DNA of 64,000 bases from an uncultured Nitrospiraceae bacterium (GTDB taxonomy: Bacteria; Nitrospirota; Thermodesulfovibrionia; Thermodesulfovibrionales; Dissulfurispiraceae): NCBI GenBank assembly GCA_963727805.1, contig CAVSHF010000005.1, positions 256,001-320,000 of the forward strand, given 5' to 3'. The translations under genes and the position numbers were made by a program. Shown here in pieces: positions 1 through 9,326 of the stretch. A model generated the notes under the pieces. It saw nothing but the letters and a program-made list of their open reading frames with translations. It was not told the DNA's origin and made no database searches. The stretch's first letter is position 1, and each line of letters starts with the position of its first letter.

Positions 1-215
1 TAGAATGTGTGCAGGATCCTTCGTTGTGTAAACGAGTCGGCAGCTGCATCAGCCGTGAATTATGGGTAACATTAGAGAAGAGTATTCGCGAAACGCTCAA
101 CTCCACAACTTTGGAGGATTTGATAACAGGCAGGCTGGAACATCTGAATACTTCCAGATCCGGAATTACTAGGTCTGCCAAGTCCATTAACAGTCGTCGC
201 AAGCCGACAACATGA
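1..215 (+). CDS. Rrf2 family transcriptional regulator, C-terminal part (5' truncated by window edge)
   Basis: Frame is open from base 3: EC-VQDPSL-C-KRVGS-C...LW...TTLEDL, the 3-Cys Fe-S motif and C-terminal helix of Rrf2/IscR-type regulators. Confidence 0.8.
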   Translation, partial: ECVQDPSLCKRVGSCISRELWVTLEKSIRETLNSTTLEDLITGRLEHLNTSRSGITRSAKSINSRRKPTT

Positions 216-341
216 CGGGAGGTGAATTATTGAAATAACACCCAGGGAAGCTTAGACTATCAAGTAAGTGCATTTGGACATTATGTGCCAAAACACTCTG
301 AGATAGTGTGGAGTATCAATTAACAAATTACGGAGGTCAAA

Positions 342-1469
342 ATGAGGAGATTAATAATTACCCTTTCGTTCCTAAGTGTGGCAGCCATCGTTGGTTTTGT
401 CTGTTTCTATGGCATTGTTGATAACAGCATAGCGGCAAATATGTCTGCGGATGATTGTTACACAATACCGGGTGAGGCTCTTGATGTAAAGGTGATTGAT
501 CCGCCCCAAAACATAACCTTTAACGGCATATCCTATATTGCCGGTCATGGTGGACATATTGCTGTCATTGATATGCGGACCATGAAGTCACCGACGGATC
601 TCGAAAAAGGCAGGATTGTACTTACGGAGGCAGGATCCGAGATGGAAGGAAAGATAGCCGGCATGAGTTTTGAGCAAGTCAAGAAGTCAGGGGGAACCCA
701 CGGTCAGGCTCTGGTTACTGAAAAGGGGCAAAAGGTTCTCGTTGCTGGCACGCTGAGTGGAAACGTCTATAAAATAGATCTCGCAACGGGGAAGAAACAA
801 GGTCCTTTCAAAGTCGGCGAAAAGTTCTGCGGTGCTATCGTAGGACCGGACGGGAAAATATACCTGGAGGATATGGCCGATGGTAATGTTTACATCTGGG
901 ACTCCGGCACACTGAAAACGGTTGACAAGATGCCGGTGGGCAAGGCCGTCTGTGGCATCCAATGGACGAAGAATGCCAAAAAAGCATACATAACTGACAT
1001 GCCTACGGGTACAGTGTATGTATACGACTGGACAACGAAGAAGAAGATCAAAGAGATAACGAGTCCAGAAATGACATTTATACACCAGGCGAGGATGACT
1101 CCTGACGGGAAGTATCTCTGGGTAAGTGCTCCCAATGAATTTGATCCCGGCCTGAAACCCGGTACGCATAAGAGCCAGATTATCATTATCGACACGGCTA
1201 AGGACGAGATCATCAAGCGGTTTGTTCTGCCTGACGCACTTAGACCTCACGATTTTGCGTTCACAAGCGACGGCAAATATGCTTTAATTTCGTCCAGGAC
1301 ATACGGTGATGACAGCGTAATGGCTGTCATGGATCTTAAGAATGCACATATTGTCAGAGAAGTTTCAGCTTGCGCAAGCTGCCACAAACAATACGGTGTG
1401 GAGGTCAAAATTGATCAGGGATCTCCGCTTGTTTGCGGTATTGAAGTGGATTGGCTGGCAAAAAAATAG
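342..1469 (+). CDS. Exported YVTN/YncE-like beta-propeller protein with a single CxxCH heme-c motif
   Basis: N-terminal signal or TM segment; repeated PDGK/SDGK blade motifs; CASCH at 1371-1385; GGAGG RBS. Confidence 0.8.
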   Translation: MRRLIITLSFLSVAAIVGFVCFYGIVDNSIAANMSADDCYTIPGEALDVKVIDPPQNITFNGISYIAGHGGHIAVIDMRTMKSPTDLEKGRIVLTEAGSEMEGKIAGMSFEQVKKSGGTHGQALVTEKGQKVLVAGTLSGNVYKIDLATGKKQGPFKVGEKFCGAIVGPDGKIYLEDMADGNVYIWDSGTLKTVDKMPVGKAVCGIQWTKNAKKAYITDMPTGTVYVYDWTTKKKIKEITSPEMTFIHQARMTPDGKYLWVSAPNEFDPGLKPGTHKSQIIIIDTAKDEIIKRFVLPDALRPHDFAFTSDGKYALISSRTYGDDSVMAVMDLKNAHIVREVSACASCHKQYGVEVKIDQGSPLVCGIEVDWLAKK

Positions 1470-1499
1470 GATGTAGATAGCGGGACGTAACTGGGCAGT

Positions 1500-1536
1500 A
1501 TGGAAAGGTGGGCATACTCTTAGCCCACCTTTCCAT
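1500..1536 (+). terminator. Stem-loop after the beta-propeller gene (terminator or attenuator)
   Basis: Perfect 14-bp inverted repeat ATGGAAAGGTGGGC / GCCCACCTTTCCAT. Confidence 0.6.
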
Positions 1537-1695
1537 GTCTATTTCTCTAGCTGATCATGCCATAAGTATGAGTCGTTAATGGAGAAAAAGCGCTGAATTA
1601 CTGGGTTAAGTGATTTATCGCGCTGGCGCAAGAGCGACACAAACTATATAATAGTAAAATAGCAATTGGATCTCTGAGGTCTTAAAATAAAGATC

Positions 1696-2904
1696 ATGAT
1701 GTCACGACTGAACATAACATCGTTTGCGATTAAAAACCTGAGAAGGAAAGTAATACGCTCCCTCTTGCTCTTCATGTCCGTAGCTGTTGTAACCGGCACT
1801 CTTTTTTCGGCGACCGTCTTCATCTCGAGCATGAAAAACGCTTTAAATATAGGGACCTACAGACTGGGTGCAGATGTTCTTGTCGTCCCCGAAAAGTACG
1901 CTGCGGATGCCCGATCGGCTTTACTTGCAGGAGAGCCCACAAGTTTCTATATGAATAGAGATGTTCTTAATAAAGTAAGAAAGGTTGATGGGGTGCGAAA
2001 AGCTTCCCCGCAACTTTTCATAAAACCGACCTCCTTCACTTGTTGTTATAGCGTGAATGCCTTTCTTGTGGCTTTTGATCCTGAGACAGACTTTACGATT
2101 ACTCCATGGCTTGCTAAAAATCTAAAAAAGCCTCTCGTCGGAAACGAAGTCATCACGGGAAGGAGCATGCCCCTCATAGCGGGAGATTCTATTAGTTTTT
2201 TCGGCACGTTATTTAAGGTCGCGGGGACAATGGAGTTGACGGGTATAAAATTTTTCGATCAGTCCATCTTCATGACCATGGATGCCGCTTACAAAATGGT
2301 CGAAGATTCTAAAACTAAGTCGATGCAACCACTTAGCTTAGATAGAGATAGTATTTCTACTGTGCTCGTCCAAATAGAAGATGGAATGACCCCCGACAGG
2401 GTCGCCATCCGCATAGAGCATGATGTCGATGGCGTTCGAGCCATTGCATCGGATGAGGTCATTAGCACAGTAAGAAAACAGTTGATGGGTCTTCTTAAGG
2501 GTATATTTGCGATTAGCGCTCTGCTTTGGATTCTTTCTCTCGTTATGATGGGGTTTGTCTTTTATATGATCGTTAATGAGCGTCAGAGGGAGTTGGGCCT
2601 GTTGCGGTCAATGGGAGCGAAAAAAAGACATGTGTTCAGACTCATCATAACTGAGGCCGTTATAATTTCAACACTCGGTGGTATCGCTGGCTTGATAGGC
2701 GGCTCGGTGCTTCTTCTAGCGTTCAAGGATATTATACTTCACTACCTCAAATTGCCGTACTTGTTGCCTCCCGTGACGTTTCTGATCGAATTAATCTTTG
2801 GAGCCGTGCTGTTTTCCTTAATAACAGGGCTTCTTTCTTCTCTTTTCCCCGCCATTTTTGCAAGCAACATGGAGCCATATGAAGCAATCAGAAAAGGAGA
2901 ATAG
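1696..2904 (+). CDS. ABC transporter permease, FtsX/MacB/LolC family
   Basis: N-terminal TM, large periplasmic loop, ERQRELGLLRSMGA motif, three C-terminal TMs; periplasmic TCC motif. Confidence 0.9.
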   Translation: MMSRLNITSFAIKNLRRKVIRSLLLFMSVAVVTGTLFSATVFISSMKNALNIGTYRLGADVLVVPEKYAADARSALLAGEPTSFYMNRDVLNKVRKVDGVRKASPQLFIKPTSFTCCYSVNAFLVAFDPETDFTITPWLAKNLKKPLVGNEVITGRSMPLIAGDSISFFGTLFKVAGTMELTGIKFFDQSIFMTMDAAYKMVEDSKTKSMQPLSLDRDSISTVLVQIEDGMTPDRVAIRIEHDVDGVRAIASDEVISTVRKQLMGLLKGIFAISALLWILSLVMMGFVFYMIVNERQRELGLLRSMGAKKRHVFRLIITEAVIISTLGGIAGLIGGSVLLLAFKDIILHYLKLPYLLPPVTFLIELIFGAVLFSLITGLLSSLFPAIFASNMEPYEAIRKGE

Positions 2905-2919
2905 GATGGAGGTTCACCT

Positions 2920-3558
2920 ATGAGAAAAATCCTTCAGCATATAATGCAAGGGGAAGTGCCGCTGGTGTTGATCATTATTCTTTTACTAGTTGTCTCATGC
3001 AAGAAAGAGGAACCGCAAACTAATCCGCCATCTACTCAGGTATTAAACTCGTCTTCAAGCGAGTCCGTATTTGTCGAGGTAAATAAAAAGCTCAAAGAAA
3101 AGCCTGACGATGCAGAGGCGCTATATCACCTCGCAGACATCTACGACCGTAATGAACAGTACGTGGAAGCTATTGACACATATAAGAAAGTTGTAGCAAT
3201 AAAGCCGACAATGGGGTATGCATACCTTAAAATGGGTACGGCTTATGATCGCATTAACCAGCCTGACGAGGCCGTAAAAGCCTTCAAGAAAGCCATAGAA
3301 TTGATGCCAGAAAATCCAGTCGCGTACAACAATCTCGGCGTTGCTTATGGAAAACTCCGCATGCTCGACAATGAAATAGCAGCCTTAAAAAAAGCTATTA
3401 AAATCAGATCCAACTACTCATCGGCCAGATATAATTTAGGCATGACCTATATTAAAACAGGGAATAAAAAGGCTGCATTAAAGGAATATGAATCTCTGAA
3501 GAAGCTAGATGAGGGGGCTGCAGAGTCTTTGCTGCAGGAGATTAATCGCACCTCATAG
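2920..3558 (+). CDS. TPR-repeat lipoprotein
   Basis: Lipobox VVSC; several TPR motifs (AYNNLGVAY, ARYNLGMTY). Confidence 0.85.
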   Translation: MRKILQHIMQGEVPLVLIIILLLVVSCKKEEPQTNPPSTQVLNSSSSESVFVEVNKKLKEKPDDAEALYHLADIYDRNEQYVEAIDTYKKVVAIKPTMGYAYLKMGTAYDRINQPDEAVKAFKKAIELMPENPVAYNNLGVAYGKLRMLDNEIAALKKAIKIRSNYSSARYNLGMTYIKTGNKKAALKEYESLKKLDEGAAESLLQEINRTS

Positions 3559-3575
3559 CAACATGGAGCAGACCG

Positions 3576-4253
3576 ATGATAGAAGTTAAAGAGCTTATAA
3601 AGAGCTACTCGATTGACGGACAGATTTTTAAGGCCGTAGACGGTGTATCTTTTACAGTCAGCAGAGGAGATATGGTTTCGATAGTCGGTCATTCGGGCAG
3701 CGGTAAGACTACCCTGCTCAGTTTGCTAGGTGGCCTGACAAAGCCTGATTCCGGAAGCATTGTTATCGGCAGCGAAAACATCTTGTCCATGACCGATAAT
3801 ATCCTTTCAGAGTTCAGGAATAGAAAGATCAGCTTTATCTACCAATTTTCCAGTCTCATTCCTACACTTACTGTCTTGGAAAATGTTATTTTGCCGACCG
3901 TTTTCAGATCGCAGCGGCAAAACGTCGCCAGTCATGCTCTTGAACTCCTGAGCATTGTCGGCTTGCAGAATAAAATAAATGCTTACCCATCGCAGCTGTC
4001 TGGCGGGCAACAGCGACGCGTCGCAATTGCACGCGCTTTCGTGAATGATCCGGAACTAATCCTCGCCGACGAACCAACTGGAGACCTCGATGAAGAAACT
4101 GAGGCTGAGATGATGCAATTTTTCTCCTCAATGAACCGCGACAATGGGTTGACGTTTCTAGTAGTTACTCATAATACAGAACTCGCCAAGAAGATCGGCA
4201 GGCAACTGCGGATGCAAAATGGAGTTCTTCAGGAGGTAATTGGCAATAGCTGA
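3576..4253 (+). CDS. ABC transporter ATP-binding protein, LolD/MacB family
   Basis: Walker A GHSGSGKT, LSGGQQRRVAIARA, ILADEPTGDLD. Confidence 0.95.
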   Translation: MIEVKELIKSYSIDGQIFKAVDGVSFTVSRGDMVSIVGHSGSGKTTLLSLLGGLTKPDSGSIVIGSENILSMTDNILSEFRNRKISFIYQFSSLIPTLTVLENVILPTVFRSQRQNVASHALELLSIVGLQNKINAYPSQLSGGQQRRVAIARAFVNDPELILADEPTGDLDEETEAEMMQFFSSMNRDNGLTFLVVTHNTELAKKIGRQLRMQNGVLQEVIGNS

Positions 4254-4496
4254 CCGTATATCCATGAGACCCCACTGTTCTACAATAAATTTTTAAGCGA
4301 AGTCAAATATACTGAGCATGATCGCCTGTTATGCATTGTCTGTGAACAAGCACGCACAATGTCTGCACTGAGGTTTTATCCTGTAGAGCTAAAATCTCAT
4401 TATTACTCTTTCTACAGTCCCCGCAATACTTTGATTTGCGTGTATGTAACAGGCTGGGTGCAGGGATAAATCTCGTAGCAACCGGTGATCTATTAG

Positions 4497-4528
4497 AAAA
4501 AGCCCGGGCGGCCTGATAGCTGCCCGGG
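4497..4528 (-). terminator. Rho-independent terminator of the tpx-sod-dsrC-like unit
   Basis: GC-rich stem CCCGGGCGGC / GCTGCCCGGG followed by a T run on the minus strand. Confidence 0.65.
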
Positions 4529-4547
4529 ATGAGAGGAAAGGAAGAGA

Positions 4548-4910
4548 TTAATCGCCCGCGAGTATGCGGTAAATCTTTCCGGCTTCATCGGTACTGATAG
4601 AGGATATTACTTCGAGATTAGGAAGCCCCGCTATTTTCCATGCCTTCATGGGGTCGATGAATTCCTCGCTAATACATTCCCGGGGTTTGTGGACATTCCT
4701 GCACACCGCGCGAAGTATTGGAAAAGAATTATACTGCCGGTAGTACTCCCTCATGAACCTGATGATGTCGATCCGCTCTCTAGTGAGTTCTCCAACCCCG
4801 AGGTGATCGGCGATGGCGCTGGCAACCTTTTCGTTCCAAGTATCCTCGTTTACAAGAAATCCGTCGTCATCAAGTTCGACCTTTACCGATCCGTATTCGA
4901 GTATGGGCAT
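4548..4910 (-). CDS. TusE/DsrC/DsvC family protein lacking the C-terminal cysteines
   Basis: LDDDGFL...W...II.FMREYY....P...KIAGLP signature; C-terminus has no Cys. Confidence 0.85.
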   Translation of the reverse strand: MPILEYGSVKVELDDDGFLVNEDTWNEKVASAIADHLGVGELTRERIDIIRFMREYYRQYNSFPILRAVCRNVHKPRECISEEFIDPMKAWKIAGLPNLEVISSISTDEAGKIYRILAGD

Positions 4911-4930
4911 CGCTCCCTCCCGCGAGGCGG

Positions 4931-5509
4931 CTATTTCAGCCGTGCTTCTGAAGCCGCCCAGTTAATATTCTTAAAAAATGCCTCGATATAGTCGGCCCTC
5001 TTGAGACCATAGTCGAGCATGTAGGCATGTTCGAAGACATCCATGATCAGGAGAGGGACGCAGCCAGCCGGATGTGCCACATCGTGCTCATTGATCCAGA
5101 AATTAATAAGCAAGCCGCTTGCGACGTCCTGATAGAGAACTGCCCATCCGATACCACGCATCGCACCAACAGCTTTGAAATCCTTTTCCCATAATTCGTA
5201 ACTGCCAAATTGTTCGGCGAGCTTCTTTGCGAGCTTGCCATTCTTGTCGATGCCGGCTTTGCCTCCGAGGTTCTCAAAATAGAATTCATGCAGCCGCATG
5301 CCGTTGAATTCCCATCCAAGCCTTCGCTTGAGCTCGGCAAATTCAGGAAGTGCAGTCTTGCCATCTTTGAGCATCGAGCTGAGAGTATCAAGGACCTTGT
5401 TGGTGTTAGTGACGTAACCTTGGTAAAGCGTGAAATGATTCTTGAGAAGGGTTTCGCTGAACCCTGCCATTCCAATAAGACCCGCAAAATCTTTAGCCGT
5501 ATAAGCCAT
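4931..5509 (-). CDS. sod: Fe/Mn superoxide dismutase family protein
   Basis: HFTLYQGYV, LHEFYF and DVFEHAY metal-ligand motifs. Confidence 0.9.
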   Translation of the reverse strand: MAYTAKDFAGLIGMAGFSETLLKNHFTLYQGYVTNTNKVLDTLSSMLKDGKTALPEFAELKRRLGWEFNGMRLHEFYFENLGGKAGIDKNGKLAKKLAEQFGSYELWEKDFKAVGAMRGIGWAVLYQDVASGLLINFWINEHDVAHPAGCVPLLIMDVFEHAYMLDYGLKRADYIEAFFKNINWAASEARLK

Positions 5510-5641
5510 TTTGTGACCTCCCTTAAAGTTGAGTATATGACAGACAGGATACCCTGTCGACGGAACGGTAACTGCCGGTCTCGTCTTTATGAAATCAACC
5601 TGATGAACACGCCCATTTTTTAGGTGAGGTCATGCTCTATG

Positions 5642-6157
5642 TCAGGATGTCATCTTCTTTATCAGATTGACGACGCCTTCATAATCGGGATGGTTCGTCA
5701 CCTCGGGCACGATCTCTTTGAGCCTGATGATATTATCCTTGTCAATAATAAAGATAGAACGGGCAAGGAGACGCAATTCTTTAATCAGAACACCATACGC
5801 AGACCCAAAGGAAGCATCACGATGGTCAGAGAGTGTCTTGACCCTGTCGATACCTGCCGCGCTACAAAACCGCGCTATCGCGAACGGAAGGTCCATACTA
5901 ATGTTGATGACCACCACATTGTCTGAAAAGTTAGCAGCCTCTTGGTTAAACCTCCGCGCCTGTATGTCGCAGACCGGAGTGTCAAGCGATGGGGTTACGC
6001 TGATCACCTTGATGTTACCTTCGAAATCTTTTAGCCTTACCTCTTTGAGATCGCTGTTGAGTGCCGTAAAGTCGGGGGCCTTATCCCCTACCCTCAAGTC
6101 TGGCCCGACCAACGTAAGGGGGTTTCCGTGAATGGTTACAACGCCTATTCTTTCCAT
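5642..6157 (-). CDS. tpx: Thiol peroxidase (atypical 2-Cys peroxiredoxin)
   Basis: PSLDTPVC, ISMDLPFA..RFC and LLARSIF motifs. Confidence 0.95.
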   Translation of the reverse strand: MERIGVVTIHGNPLTLVGPDLRVGDKAPDFTALNSDLKEVRLKDFEGNIKVISVTPSLDTPVCDIQARRFNQEAANFSDNVVVINISMDLPFAIARFCSAAGIDRVKTLSDHRDASFGSAYGVLIKELRLLARSIFIIDKDNIIRLKEIVPEVTNHPDYEGVVNLIKKMTS

Positions 6158-6173
6158 GCATCCTCCATGCTCT

Positions 6174-6189
6174 TATATAAATTTATATA
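6174..6189. promoter_or_regulatory. Perfect 16-bp palindrome upstream of tpx, candidate operator
   Basis: TATATAAATTTATATA is its own reverse complement and lies just upstream of the tpx RBS. Confidence 0.35.
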
Positions 6190-6463
6190 TACACTTTTCT
6201 GGATTCACGCGCAACCCTTTACCATTGCAATCCAGCCACCGGACCCCCTCAGCAGGCGCTCCTGCTTCTATTGACTATGGCGAGCTTTGCGATCTGATCC
6301 TATTAGGCTCATATTAACGAAAACTATCGAACAAGGATGCGTCCCAGAGTTCAGAAAAGGGCAGCCCCGCGTTCGCGTTCCCGGGCGCGTTAACAGCCTG
6401 CGACAGTTTTTCCTTCTTGGAGGCCTCTCTTGCAGGTGTTGCAGTTAGGGCTTTATCAGATAC

Positions 6464-6799
6464 TTACTTGAAAGACCTAATATAGGCGACTATATCGGCC
6501 ATGTCGGCCGATTTCGGGTCAATGGCCTTTCCATTGATTGCCCCGACAATACACGCATTAACCTGTTTTGCCAGACCGCCCTCTGTCTTGAATTCCGTCT
6601 TGTCAGCAACCTTTTCTAAGCCTTTACCGTTTAGATGACATTCGCTGCATGCCTTGTTACCACCAGCAAAGGTCGCGTCGCTAAAGAGCGCCTTGCCCTT
6701 GTCCGCATTCCCCTTCTCTGCAGCAACGCCGATGGAACATACTATCCCCAAGACAACAAGTGTCATCAGAACTACCCGTAATAATTTCATTCTCTTCAC
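6464..6799 (-). CDS. Periplasmic monoheme cytochrome c
   Basis: Signal peptide, GKALF helix, CSECH heme motif, IVAYIRS C-terminal helix. Confidence 0.85.
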   Translation of the reverse strand: MKRMKLLRVVLMTLVVLGIVCSIGVAAEKGNADKGKALFSDATFAGGNKACSECHLNGKGLEKVADKTEFKTEGGLAKQVNACIVGAINGKAIDPKSADMADIVAYIRSFK

Positions 6800-7005
6800 C
6801 TCGTCACGTGATATAGGAGCACCGGTGAAACGACGCGCTCATGGTCTAAAGTTTACCAATAAAAAGGGTCCTTCACAATGTCTTTAGCTGCAGCCAAGCA
6901 TAAGATGCGTTCCGAACCGTCAGAACACCCCGTCTGGATTTGTTTGTCTTCTGGCTTTTTTACCTTTGGAGGTACTATGTACATCGATTGCAGGGGATGA
7001 TCATT

Positions 7006-8169
7006 TCAACCGGCGCGGAGTGCTTCTACGATATTCATGCGGGCGGCGCGTATGGCGGGGAGGAGGCCTCCTGCAAAACCCATTATCAGGGCGAACCCCA
7101 TTGCCTGAGCGGTGATCGGGATACTCAGGGTAAAAGAGAACGCAAGTTCCGAGAAGGTCTGGAAGTTCATCGTCGATATAGTGAAAAGCTGGAGAAATGA
7201 TGAAAAAAAGAGACCGAAGGCCCCTCCGAAAAAACCGAGCAAGAGCGATTCGAGCAGAAAGGCCGCCAAGATGCTCTTTCTCCGAAACCCTAGTGCCCTC
7301 AAAGTCCCTATCTCACTAACGCGGCTCGCAACCGCTGCATACATGGTAATCATCGCCCCGATAATCGCGCCAAGAGAGAATATAATCGTCAGCGATATGC
7401 CGAGAATTCTTAGAAACTTCGCCATCATTTCGGACTGTTTTTCATAATACCGCGTCTCCTTCATTGCATCGATAGTAAAACGGGGATCACTCTCGATGCG
7501 TTGTTTGAGAGCCGCGAACTCCGACGGATCCCGGAGCTTAAAGATGACCGAGGAATAGGACTGCCTGCGGAAAGCCGGCATAAGCTGATCGACATCTCCC
7601 CATATCTCGGAACTAAAACCGGTATTCCCCGCATCGAAAATGCCGACGACGGTCCAGTCCCTCATGCCGAATCTCAAGGTCTCCCCTATTCCTCCGCCTT
7701 TGAACCGCTTCGCGATGCTTAGTCCCGCCATGATCTCTGAAGACCCCGGCTTCGGCAAACGTCCCAGAACCATCCTCAGCTGCGGCCTCAGGAGGAGGGA
7801 ACTTTCCGAAGTCCCCCGTATAATTACATTTGATCCCTTGTCAGTCCCGCGTTTCGGAAGGACAATGACGACAACAACCTCCTTAGCAACCAGCGGCCGG
7901 CCATTCTCGTCTATTGCAACTTCAGGCTGTGTTTCGATGATGGATGCCTGCAGCCGGTCGACGCCGCTCTGTATCTCTGAGTCAGATCCCTTGCGGATGA
8001 CCACAACATTGTCGGGCGAACCGGTTGCTACAAGCGTCTTTTTGAGTCCCTCGGCCAGCATCAGGACGGCGGAAAAGACAAAGACAACGAGGGCCATGCC
8101 GCTGATAGTGAGGGCTGTCGTAAGACGGCGCGTCCAGAGGTTTTTCAGGTTGTAGGAAAAGGGGATCAC
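7006..8169 (-). CDS. ABC transporter permease, MacB/FtsX family
   Basis: RVSEIGTLRALGF motif; likely GTG start at 8169 overlapping the upstream stop. Confidence 0.9.
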   Translation of the reverse strand: MIPFSYNLKNLWTRRLTTALTISGMALVVFVFSAVLMLAEGLKKTLVATGSPDNVVVIRKGSDSEIQSGVDRLQASIIETQPEVAIDENGRPLVAKEVVVVIVLPKRGTDKGSNVIIRGTSESSLLLRPQLRMVLGRLPKPGSSEIMAGLSIAKRFKGGGIGETLRFGMRDWTVVGIFDAGNTGFSSEIWGDVDQLMPAFRRQSYSSVIFKLRDPSEFAALKQRIESDPRFTIDAMKETRYYEKQSEMMAKFLRILGISLTIIFSLGAIIGAMITMYAAVASRVSEIGTLRALGFRRKSILAAFLLESLLLGFFGGAFGLFFSSFLQLFTISTMNFQTFSELAFSFTLSIPITAQAMGFALIMGFAGGLLPAIRAARMNIVEALRAG

Positions 8170-9326
8170 TACCCGATCCTCCTCAGGCCATCGGCTATTC
8201 TGATCCTGATGGAACGCCAAGTCGGAAAGAAGCCCGCCACCGTGCCAACGACCAGGGCAGCGGCGATGTCCATATAGATGGTCTCAGGAGCGACATTAAA
8301 GATCGGGAAAAAGGTGCTCAGCTCTTCACCAAAGGCCTTTGCAGCGGGGAAAGTGAGGGCGATACCAAAGGCGCAGCCGATCATACTGATGATAAGCGAT
8401 TCTCCGAAGATAAGGACGGCAATATAACTGCCGCCAAACCCGAGGGTTTTGAATATCGCATATTCGCCGATCCGTTCGCGTGCCGTCATCGCCATAGTAT
8501 TTGCCATTACCGCCATTATGATGATGATCACCACAAAAGATACGAGTTGTATCGCGGTGACTATCGCCTGGCTCATCGCGATCCAGCCCATCTGGAATGC
8601 CTTTTCGGTCTCTGTCAGGGTTTCAGCGATCGAGTTTCTGAACGTTTTGTCGATGTTGAGTACCACTTCGGCTGCAATATCAGGTTTTGTCACCCCGATC
8701 ATGTAAAAGCCTATCTGGTCAGCCCGCATCGGCGAAGTCTTTTTCATCTTTTCGTTCAGGTAATCCCAGTGGAAGAAGAATGTCGTCTCGTCGACCGTCT
8801 TGTCCCGTCCCTTATAGACACCCCTCATTACGAAATCCCACTGTCCCGGGAATATTGTGCCCCTCAAAGTTACCGTATCCCCTAATTTCCAGCCGAATCT
8901 TTCGGCCAGCTTCCGGCCTGCCACGAATCCCTTTCGGTCCCTGAAAAAGGAGGCTTTTTGATCAGGGGGAAGAATGAGTTCCGGGTATAGTTCGAGGTAA
9001 CTTGTCGGATCGACCGCGAAATTCGCGAAGAAATTCTTCTCATCAATATAGATGCCGCCGAACCAGTTTCCCCACGAGACAATTTTTACCCCTTCTATCT
9101 GGCGTATCCTGTCCTTGTAAGAAAGGGGGAGGGTGAAAATAATCGAGATGGCATTTCTCGTGACGAGGCGGCTCGATGAGGATGCCTCGACACCGGCGTA
9201 CCACGCGCTGATGACGGTCCTCAGCAATCCGAACGCGAGTATGGCGATGGTGATGCCAAGAATGGTAAGCCAGGTCCGCAGCTTATGGCGGAAGGCGTTT
9301 TTGAAGATGAGCTTAAGAATGTACAT
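8169..9326 (-). CDS. ABC transporter permease, MacB/FtsX family
   Basis: ARERIGEYAIFKTLGF motif; likely start MYILKL at 9326. Confidence 0.9.
   Translation of the reverse strand: MYILKLIFKNAFRHKLRTWLTILGITIAILAFGLLRTVISAWYAGVEASSSSRLVTRNAISIIFTLPLSYKDRIRQIEGVKIVSWGNWFGGIYIDEKNFFANFAVDPTSYLELYPELILPPDQKASFFRDRKGFVAGRKLAERFGWKLGDTVTLRGTIFPGQWDFVMRGVYKGRDKTVDETTFFFHWDYLNEKMKKTSPMRADQIGFYMIGVTKPDIAAEVVLNIDKTFRNSIAETLTETEKAFQMGWIAMSQAIVTAIQLVSFVVIIIIMAVMANTMAMTARERIGEYAIFKTLGFGGSYIAVLIFGESLIISMIGCAFGIALTFPAAKAFGEELSTFFPIFNVAPETIYMDIAAALVVGTVAGFFPTWRSIRIRIADGLRRIG

Noticed and set aside
342..1469. Calling the propeller NirS, NirN or NosZ
   Set aside because: It is too short, the heme motif is C-terminal, and no nir or nos accessory genes are nearby
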